A stretch of DNA of 57,915 bases, from the IMG/VR virus record IMGVR_UViG_3300042480_000777, positions 1-57,915 of that record, one strand, 5' to 3'. This DNA comes from a virus (taxonomy: Duplodnaviria > Caudoviricetes). The position numbers and the translations under genes were made by a program. The first letter of the stretch is position 1. Each line of letters starts with the position of its first letter. Shown in pieces: positions 51,801 to 57,915 of the stretch. The notes under the pieces were generated by a model. That model had not been told where the DNA came from, did no database searches, and saw only the letters and a program-made list of their open reading frames with translations.

Positions 51801-51951
51801 ACCCCACCCCGTCCCCGAGAACCCACAAGGCCCAGTTGATCACCGACTCAGGCACATTGAACCCGGCCACGGCCATATCGAGGACGCGGTGCGCCTCGAG
51901 CTCCTCGTGGTTGCAGTAGCGACGACGCCACTCCCAGATCTCATGCTGCAT
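51787..51951 (-). CDS. 54-aa hypothetical protein
   Basis: GGGAG RBS; AHRVLDMAVAG..INWALWVLGD. Confidence 0.6.
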   Translation of the reverse strand: MQHEIWEWRRRYCNHEELEAHRVLDMAVAGFNVPESVINWALWVLGDGVGFVHV

Positions 51952-52747
51952 CGCGCATCTCCCGCCGGGCCTGGGCCCTGTGGCTGGGCCAGTCGAACGG
52001 CATCCAGCGCGCCACCTCGGTGAGCCGATCGAACACCCGCTCTCCAACGGCGGCACGGAATTCCTCCTTGCCCAGGTTGGTCATCAGGATGACCGGCTTC
52101 ATGCTGCGATAGCGCCGATCGAGCACGTCGAACACGATTGCCCGCTCTCCGTCGGTGCCGTACTGCATGCCGATCTCGTCGATCACCAGCAGCGGCACGG
52201 CCTGCAGCCTGGCCAGCAGGGCCGACTCGCTGGTCTCGCTGTCGCGGCGCCAGGTCTCGCGCACCATGCGGATCAGGTCCATCAGCGTGACGTAGATGCC
52301 GACGTGCCGCGGCAGGATGGCCTGCAGAATGGCGCCGGCCAGGTGGCTCTTGCCGGTGCCCGGCAGGCCCGACATCACGAGCGACGTGCCGGCCTTGGCA
52401 TGGCGGTCGAAGTTCTCAGCGAACAACCTGCAGACCTCGAGCGCCTTGCGCTGGCCGTCGGTCTCGGCGCGGTAGGTGTCGAGCGTGCGGCCGATGAAGC
52501 GCTCCGGGATCGCGGTCTGCGCCAGCATCGCCTCAAGCTGCGCCTTCAGTGCGGCCTGGCGAGCCGACTCGACGTCTGCCTTGGCTTGCGCGTCGCGGTC
52601 GGCCCGGCAGCCGGGGCATCCAGTCCAGACCTCACGAACCCCGAGCCGGCTTCCCTTGGACTCGAACTCGCCATGCTTATCGCAGGCCCGCGTCTGGGTG
52701 CCAATGAACGAAAACGCGATGGACTCACTCAAACGAGCCGTCATCAT
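51941..52747 (-). CDS. DnaC/IstB-like AAA+ helicase loader
   Basis: CDKHG..CPGC Zn site; GLPGTGKSHL; LLVIDEIG; RVFDRL. Confidence 0.92.
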   Translation of the reverse strand: MMTARLSESIAFSFIGTQTRACDKHGEFESKGSRLGVREVWTGCPGCRADRDAQAKADVESARQAALKAQLEAMLAQTAIPERFIGRTLDTYRAETDGQRKALEVCRLFAENFDRHAKAGTSLVMSGLPGTGKSHLAGAILQAILPRHVGIYVTLMDLIRMVRETWRRDSETSESALLARLQAVPLLVIDEIGMQYGTDGERAIVFDVLDRRYRSMKPVILMTNLGKEEFRAAVGERVFDRLTEVARWMPFDWPSHRAQARREMRDAA

Positions 52748-53483
52748 TGATCCCCTTGCGGTAGTCGGTTCCGGCAAAGCCGGAGTGAGCACTGGCGGCG
52801 CGACGCAAGCCCTGCTTGCTGTTGCGAACCCAGTTGCGCCAGGTAGCCAGCCAGTCGAGCTTGCAGCCGTCCTTGCCCGGCTTGGCTACCCAGTAGTCCT
52901 TGAACCTGGCCGCCACGTCATCGACGTCCAGGTCTGGCCGCTCAGCCCGGGCCCAGGCCGCCCAGTCAACAGGCAACACCCACTCCTTGTCGAGTCGTGA
53001 GGCTCGGGGGGTAACAGGTACGTCAGTACCTGTCGAAGATGAAGATGAAGTAGAAGATGAAGGGGTTGGCTTGAGGTTCGGCGGAAGGTTAACCTTCTCA
53101 TCACCCTTCCCCTCATCCTTCTTCTTGCCCTTCAGGGCCGGGTTCCCGCCAAGAGATCCGCCTGCAGCCCTTGACTGGCGAATGCTTTCGTCGCGGATCA
53201 TCCGCCGCGACATGATGCAACCCTCCTCGTCGCGCGAGAAAACGCCGAACGACTCGAGCTCGTCGAGCCAACCCTCCACATCGGGCAAGGTGGCCCCAAG
53301 CATGCGAGCTAGGTTTGCTGGAAGGATTGGCCTATGGTTAACCTTCAGGTAGCCGTAGTCCGAACCTTGGTGCATCAGGCACAGCATGTCGATCCAGAAT
53401 CCGCGAGCCCCAACGGAGCACGCCCTGAGGGCGGCGTCATTCAGCCAGTCGCCAGGGTAAAACTGAAATGATGGGCGCTTCAT
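52725..53483 (-). CDS. Phage replication initiator protein
   Basis: MKRPSFQFYPGDW N-domain, Ser-rich linker, FKDYW..KLDWLATWRNW C-domain; upstream of the DnaC-like gene. Confidence 0.88.
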   Translation of the reverse strand: MKRPSFQFYPGDWLNDAALRACSVGARGFWIDMLCLMHQGSDYGYLKVNHRPILPANLARMLGATLPDVEGWLDELESFGVFSRDEEGCIMSRRMIRDESIRQSRAAGGSLGGNPALKGKKKDEGKGDEKVNLPPNLKPTPSSSTSSSSSTGTDVPVTPRASRLDKEWVLPVDWAAWARAERPDLDVDDVAARFKDYWVAKPGKDGCKLDWLATWRNWVRNSKQGLRRAASAHSGFAGTDYRKGINDDGSFE

Positions 53484-53557
53484 GCTGAGGCCTCCTTTTT
53501 GGATGCCCTCAACCCGCGAAGCGCGGCGGACCTTCTATTGCTCATGCCTTACCTTCC

Positions 53558-53637
53558 GCGCTTGGGGTGTGGAGCTGGAAGACTCCCCAACAGGTGGGAG
53601 CGCTGTCCTTACGGTTTCAGCTCTCCACCCCAAGCGC
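53558..53637 (-). ncRNA. Multi-branch stem-loop in the leader of the replication operon
   Basis: Arms GCGCTTGGGGTGTGGAGCTGGAA and TTTCAGCTCTCCACCCCAAGCGC enclose two small hairpins. Confidence 0.55.
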
Positions 53638-53712
53638 CCTGTCACTTGCGTTATCCGCCGAGCTTCCAACTCGACGGGGCTTTGGATGCCGACAGTTGCT
53701 GCCGGCGGTCGG

Positions 53713-53752
53713 ATCATAACAACCGCATGGTTGTCGTGACAACATTCTGTTG
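53713..53752 (-). promoter_or_regulatory. Replication-operon promoter with palindromic site
   Basis: TTGTCA-18nt-TATGAT with TGn extension; CAACATTCTGTTG at 53740-53752. Confidence 0.7.
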
Positions 53753-53755
53753 CCT

Positions 53756-54061
53756 TCAGGCCACAAGCAATTCGCCGACCTGTCGCGCGACATCGTCCGA
53801 TTCAGTGCCCGGCCGCAGCGGCCGCAGGCAGCCGTCTGGTATTGGGCCCTCGTCATCTCGGATCGTCTCAATGCCGAGCGCACCAGCCCAGCGCAGATCA
53901 GAACCCTCTGTACGGCACAACCAGATCACGTCTTCAGTGTCCAGGCTGATGATGTGCGAGTCTCCGTTTTCAAACCGCCCAACGACGTGCACGATCTTCC
54001 CGAGGTTGCTGGCGATCCTTGATCGCACAACGATTGCCAAGTCGCCTGGCCTGCAGTTCAT
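53756..54061 (-). CDS. Conserved phage hypothetical protein
   Basis: GGAG RBS; MNCRPGDLAIVV..NLGKIV..PDGCLRPLRP. Confidence 0.75.
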   Translation of the reverse strand: MNCRPGDLAIVVRSRIASNLGKIVHVVGRFENGDSHIISLDTEDVIWLCRTEGSDLRWAGALGIETIRDDEGPIPDGCLRPLRPGTESDDVARQVGELLVA

Positions 54062-54175
54062 GTGAGCTCCGTCAGTGTGGTGTTGCTTCCGAGTGTAAGG
54101 CTCTCTTGCCAACGGAATGTTAGGTGCGTATTCTGAATTTGTTGGGCCACTGCCCGAGCGCCGTAGGAGCGCCAA

Positions 54176-54697
54176 ATGAAAGTCAAGGATCAACTGCGGA
54201 CGCGCCGCCAACAGCTTGGTATCTCGGTCAACGAGCTTGCCGGGCGCATGGGGGTATCGGCGCAGGCGGTGCGGTACTGGGAGAGTGGTCGGAGCTTCCC
54301 CGGCAAGGCGAAGACGTCCGCCCTGGAGAGTGCGCTGAGCATCCGCATCGACTGGACGGAGGGCGCAAGAGCTGCCGCGAAGCGGCCGCAGGTGGCATCG
54401 CTGATAGACCCCGACGATGTTGAGCTCCTGCTTCAGATCGCCCGGCTGCCGCCGCCGGCCAAGGCCTTAGTCGCAAGCCTGGTGCGAATGCACCTCGAGG
54501 CGACTGGGATCGACCCGCGAGCCGGTCTTGAGCGGGCAATAGAGAGTCGCGTAAGGCCTTTCAACGAGCCCGAGTGGGCAACGAGAGTAGGAGACGTAGT
54601 TGGTAAGCAAGAAGGGAAACACCACAAGCAAAACAGCACCAGTACAACACCAAAGCAGCCCACTAGGAGTCATCAAGCTCGTCGAAAGACGGCGTGA
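54176..54697 (+). CDS. XRE-family HTH transcriptional regulator
   Basis: LRTRRQQLGISVNELAGRMGVSAQAVRYWESGRSFP; AGGAG RBS; no S24 peptidase domain visible. Confidence 0.9.
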   Translation: MKVKDQLRTRRQQLGISVNELAGRMGVSAQAVRYWESGRSFPGKAKTSALESALSIRIDWTEGARAAAKRPQVASLIDPDDVELLLQIARLPPPAKALVASLVRMHLEATGIDPRAGLERAIESRVRPFNEPEWATRVGDVVGKQEGKHHKQNSTSTTPKQPTRSHQARRKTA

Positions 54698-54893
54698 CGA
54701 GCAGCTGATCCGGCAGCTTCAGCAATTGCTAAAGGATGCCCACGAGGGTCAGCTCGTTGGCATGGTGGCCGCCGTCCACTACGGCGGGCGTGAGTACGGC
54801 TACATTGGCACGGGCTCGATGTGCGAGCACCCGAGCATCGGCATCGCCGCGGCGCACCGACTGGCCACAAAGCTGTTGCACACCAACAGCTAG
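54600..54893 (+). CDS. Hypothetical protein overlapping the regulator 3' end
   Basis: AGGAG before TTG; LQQLLKDAHEGQLVGMVAAV.. looks globular; start uncertain. Confidence 0.65.
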   Translation: MVSKKGNTTSKTAPVQHQSSPLGVIKLVERRRDEQLIRQLQQLLKDAHEGQLVGMVAAVHYGGREYGYIGTGSMCEHPSIGIAAAHRLATKLLHTNS

Positions 54894-55027
54894 TTGCTAC
54901 ACTGGGGGCTGGATGCCATCCACCATCTGGCACATGTGACCCGCGCAAGCGCGGGACTCCTGAGCAGCGTGCTGCAGCTGAATGTGCCGCGCAGATGACC
55001 CCTCGGAAAGACGAGGACCATCAAACA

Positions 55028-55054
55028 AGAGCTCGCTACGGCGAGCTTTTTTTT
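55028..55054 (+). terminator. Rho-independent terminator
   Basis: AGAGCTCGC-TACG-GCGAGCTTT with a run of 8 T. Confidence 0.88.
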
Positions 55055-55064
55055 CTCATGGCTA

Positions 55065-55104
55065 CAACAAAATGTTGCACCTACAACCTTTTCTTTGGCA
55101 CAAT
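55065..55104 (+). promoter_or_regulatory. Rightward promoter with palindromic site
   Basis: CAACAAAATGTTG overlapping TTGCAC-18nt-CACAAT (TGn extension). Confidence 0.6.
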
Positions 55105-55129
55105 CGCCGAACTTTGACAGGAGGTTCGA

Positions 55130-55273
55130 ATGCCGCAATGGCTCTGGTTACTGCTCGCCGCGCAGGCAGGTTTCATTTTCGGATTCATCGTGTCCGCCTT
55201 GATGAGCATGGCGGCGCGGTCTCGGTCGGACGAAGAGATCGCTCAAGCCGAGAAGGAGTATTACAAGCTGTGA
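55130..55273 (+). CDS. 47-aa single-TM protein
   Basis: AGGAGGT RBS; MPQWLWLLLAAQAGFIFGFIVSALMSMAARS... Confidence 0.7.
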   Translation: MPQWLWLLLAAQAGFIFGFIVSALMSMAARSRSDEEIAQAEKEYYKL

Positions 55274-55473
55274 CCAGGGTCAAAGTGACCGGCGACGGCG
55301 CGGCCGCGGTGGACCAGAACTACTTCTGGCAGCCGCTCACGACGTGCCCGTCGTCGACCAAGGTGCAACTGCTGACCGATGGCGGCGTCGCCGTCTATGG
55401 CCAGTACAACGGTAGCAAGAAGGGCTACAAAGGCTGGGCTCCTCTGCCCAAGAAACCGGAGTGGATGAAGTGA
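55270..55473 (+). CDS. DUF551-like small protein
   Basis: GTGA overlap; WQPLTTCP..KVQLL..GWAPLPK. Confidence 0.7.
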   Translation: MTRVKVTGDGAAAVDQNYFWQPLTTCPSSTKVQLLTDGGVAVYGQYNGSKKGYKGWAPLPKKPEWMK

Positions 55474-55682
55474 GCGATGAAGAATTCAGGGGCCTGTGCA
55501 ACACGTACGGCTTTGCCCCGTCTCGATCACTGCGTGAGCTGCTAGAGACGGCGACTGCGCAGGCGGCGATCAGCGAGCGCGAGGCGTGTGCTGTTGCTGC
55601 GGAAAAACAGGCGCGATGGATTGGCTATAACGCGCATGCCGAGGCCATCGCCGCCGCCATTCGCGCAAGGGGGCAAGCATGA
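55470..55682 (+). CDS. Hypothetical protein (EREACA..AAAIRARG family)
   Basis: GTGA overlap; characteristic C-terminal motif. Confidence 0.7.
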   Translation: MSDEEFRGLCNTYGFAPSRSLRELLETATAQAAISEREACAVAAEKQARWIGYNAHAEAIAAAIRARGQA

Positions 55683-56326
55683 GCTTCGTCTGCCCCTTGC
55701 CGCCGGAGAAGGTCTTCGTGCGTGCCGAGTACCTGTACGACCACGACCCGGCCCGGGTCGGCCAGCTCATTGAGGGGGTCTGGGTCAGCGCGAAGTCCAT
55801 CCGCGGCCAAGCCTTCCGCTTCGAGACCTACCTGCCTGAGTTCGGCGCGCTGTACGACAAGCTGCCGATCGGCGCATTCGTGTGGCACGACGTCCTCGAG
55901 GAGGGCGACCAGCTGCCGCTGGACGTGCTGCAGATCTGGGACTGCATGAGCTACCACTTCGAGGTGATCGACAAGCCGTTCCTCAAGGGTCTGCGCGCCG
56001 AGTTCCTCGGCAAGGACAGGCAGCTGCACCGCGGCGAGTTCATGTTCACTATCGACAGCTGCAACCCCGACCCGCGCATCCCCGACTTCGGCTTCAGCGA
56101 GACGCCGGAGGAGCACAAGTCGTTCAACCTGCTGCGCCTGGACAACGGCCAGTTCGCCCTGCAGCCGAACAACCGCTGCCGGTTCTTCGACCCGGCAATC
56201 ACCCACAACGAGCTACGCTCGCCCGACTTCAAGGTGTGCACCAAGACCTACCGCGTGGAGAACACCGCGAAGTGGCGTCTTGGCGACACGTCGACCGTGA
56301 CCTACGACCTGAGGAGCGAGGCGTGA
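55679..56326 (+). CDS. Conserved phage protein of unknown function
   Basis: 215 aa; VRAEYLYD, GALYDKLPI, QIWDC, EHKSFN, NGQFALQPNNR. Confidence 0.8.
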   Translation: MSFVCPLPPEKVFVRAEYLYDHDPARVGQLIEGVWVSAKSIRGQAFRFETYLPEFGALYDKLPIGAFVWHDVLEEGDQLPLDVLQIWDCMSYHFEVIDKPFLKGLRAEFLGKDRQLHRGEFMFTIDSCNPDPRIPDFGFSETPEEHKSFNLLRLDNGQFALQPNNRCRFFDPAITHNELRSPDFKVCTKTYRVENTAKWRLGDTSTVTYDLRSEA

Positions 56327-56526
56327 CAACTTTGACTGACATGGCTGCGGAGGTGGACCGCATCGCAAGCGGCGTCGTGAGCCGGGCGCTCGCAAAGCAG
56401 GAAGAGCGGATCTCGTCCGCGCTCGAAGAGGCCCTGATGGCTGGCGCCATCCGCGGCGAAGTCGCGGTCGTGCTGGTCTACGACCTGCGCCTGCCGTTTC
56501 CGCGCATGCGGGCGAGGTTGGTATGA
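56323..56526 (+). CDS. Hypothetical protein
   Basis: GTGA overlap; GAGGAG RBS. Confidence 0.55.
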   Translation: MTTLTDMAAEVDRIASGVVSRALAKQEERISSALEEALMAGAIRGEVAVVLVYDLRLPFPRMRARLV

Positions 56527-56759
56527 GCCTCGTCACGCATGTAGCCGTGTTCTTTGCCCTGAACCCGGACGAGCAACTCACCGCCGCCGACATAGGCGCC
56601 AAGTGGGGCGTGGTGCCCGGCAACGTGGGCAACACGCTGCGTTACGCCGAGGAGAAAGGGTGGGTTCGGTCCTCGCTGGAGCCCAACCCAGAGCGCATCA
56701 GCAAGAAGATCAGGGTGTACGCGCCCGGCCCGCGCCTGCTCAAGGAGATCGGACGATGA
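56523..56759 (+). CDS. Winged-helix-like protein
   Basis: FFALNPDEQLTAADIGAKWGV..LRYAEEKGWV. Confidence 0.7.
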   Translation: MSLVTHVAVFFALNPDEQLTAADIGAKWGVVPGNVGNTLRYAEEKGWVRSSLEPNPERISKKIRVYAPGPRLLKEIGR

Positions 56760-56881
56760 AATGGCGATATGAAGGACAGGGGCTCGAGTGGTTCTTCCGA
56801 ATCGTGTTTGGGCTGGCGGGAGCCACCATAGTTGCCCTGGTGGGCGGGGCTGTATGGGGAGTGTGGAAATGGCTGACCTGA
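56756..56881 (+). CDS. 41-aa single-TM peptide
   Basis: AAGGAG RBS; ATGA overlap. Confidence 0.6.
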   Translation: MKWRYEGQGLEWFFRIVFGLAGATIVALVGGAVWGVWKWLT

Positions 56882-57366
56882 TTACCCTACCCCGCGCCGT
56901 CGTCCAGCAGGCGCTGGCGTTCACCATGCGCAACTTTGCGACCGTGCGTGATTTTGAGGCAGCAAGAGCGGTGCTTCATGACACTCTCAAGGCCGCGCTG
57001 GAGCAGCCGGAGCAGGCCGACGGCATGCCAGCGTCGGCAGATGAGCGCTACCTGCGCCGGCTTCTGGCGGCGCGCGCGGGGATTCCTGGCGCGTACTACG
57101 ACGACGGCGAGGCGCACGGGGCGCAGCACGGCATCAGCATCGACTTCATGCGCGAGCCCGTGGCCGACATCGACGCGAAGCTGCGGGCGCTCAACGCGGC
57201 GAGGGCGAAGGTGACGCAGCCGGAGCGGCTGGAGTGGGAGTTCTTTGGCTGCATGAAGATTCGGCCGGACATGGGCGCGGACATCTTTTTCGCTCGGTCT
57301 CTCACGCTTGAGCCTGGAGTGGAGTTCGCCCTCTGTATGGCCAAGCCGAAGGGAGCTGACGCATGA
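56869..57366 (+). CDS. Hypothetical protein
   Basis: LKAALEQPEQ..YYDDGEA..IDFMRE. Confidence 0.65.
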   Translation: MADLITLPRAVVQQALAFTMRNFATVRDFEAARAVLHDTLKAALEQPEQADGMPASADERYLRRLLAARAGIPGAYYDDGEAHGAQHGISIDFMREPVADIDAKLRALNAARAKVTQPERLEWEFFGCMKIRPDMGADIFFARSLTLEPGVEFALCMAKPKGADA

Positions 57367-57854
57367 GAACCAACTACGAGATTCGCGAGCGCATCAGCCG
57401 CCTGAGGGGTATCGCATGCGATCACACAATCAGCCACGCGGTCGTGATGAGCTCTCGCTTCTTTGACCCTGAGCAAGAGATCAAGCAGATCATGGCCGAC
57501 AAGGTGGCGCACAGCATCGCTGGCGACGTCATGCGCGGCGGCACATGGTCCCAACGGTGGGAGCCGCAGGGCGAGGTGTTCAGCGTGCGCGGGTATTGGC
57601 TCGCCTACGAAGACCTGTACAGGCTGATGGATGAGGCGTACAGCATGGGGCGCGCTGCGCCGGTAGGCCAGGCGGTCGCGCCGGATGGGCGGGCTCCTCG
57701 CCGCGAGTGGCAGTCGCTGACGGAGGAGGAAATACAGAGCGTGATCCAACTGGAAAGAGAGAAGCGTTTTCAGCGGAGGCCACCGCTGCCGCTGTCGATG
57801 ACGGAACTCTCTCATGCTATCGAGGCCAAGCTGAAGGAGAAGAACCATGAGTGA
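57363..57854 (+). CDS. Hypothetical protein (WQSLTEEEI..AIEAKLKEKN family)
   Basis: ATGA overlap; characteristic C-terminus. Confidence 0.7.
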   Translation: MRTNYEIRERISRLRGIACDHTISHAVVMSSRFFDPEQEIKQIMADKVAHSIAGDVMRGGTWSQRWEPQGEVFSVRGYWLAYEDLYRLMDEAYSMGRAAPVGQAVAPDGRAPRREWQSLTEEEIQSVIQLEREKRFQRRPPLPLSMTELSHAIEAKLKEKNHE

Positions 57855-57915
57855 TTCCATCATCGCGTACCGCAACCCCCTCGAGAAATGGTTCTGGGAG
57901 GGTGGCGCCATCTAC
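57847..57915 (+). CDS. Hypothetical protein, truncated by the window end
   Basis: AAGGAG RBS; MSDSIIAYRNPLEKWFWEGG... Confidence 0.55.
   Translation, partial: MSDSIIAYRNPLEKWFWEGGAIY

Noticed and set aside
53035-53125. GAAGAT repeats in the initiator gene as replication iterons
   Set aside because: They encode a poly-Ser linker; an origin here is plausible by analogy with lambdoid phages but I could not identify clear iterons
54982-55269. N-terminal extension of the 163-aa ORF 54982..55473
   Set aside because: It crosses a terminator and promoter; better explained by genes 55130..55273 and 55270..55473

Overview
The window is most of a high-GC tailed-phage genome (podovirus-like, N4-gp56-type capsid; host probably Betaproteobacteria/Burkholderiales by inference). 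Both ends fall inside genes, and no integrase is visible. Minus strand 42.2 kb to 1 is the late region: tRNA-Met(CAU), lysis cassette (holin, SAR-type lysozyme, nested spanins), terminase, portal, scaffold, capsid, adaptors, several tail fibres and chaperones, ejection proteins and a 3277-aa polyvalent protein. Plus strand 42.4-49.1 kb holds about 25 small early genes behind repeated promoter units. Minus strand 54.1-49.2 kb is the replication/recombination module. From 54.2 kb on the plus strand are an XRE regulator and further small genes. Main observations: (1) the giant protein is built from enzymatic cassettes (transglycosylase, pyrophosphatase-like, metallopeptidase, two or three ADP-ribosyltransferase-like domains, Nudix, glycosylase-like, possible SAM-lyase-like) separated by a recurring RKS[E/A]DR motif; (2) it carries an overprinted 60-aa gene in another frame; (3) a CAACA-N3-TGTTG palindrome marks promoters across the genome; (4) a stand-alone 45-aa peptide resembles the ribonucleotide-reductase redox tail; (5) the tRNA mixes initiator and elongator features; (6) there are two long structured leaders. 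All family assignments come from motif recognition by eye, not database searches.
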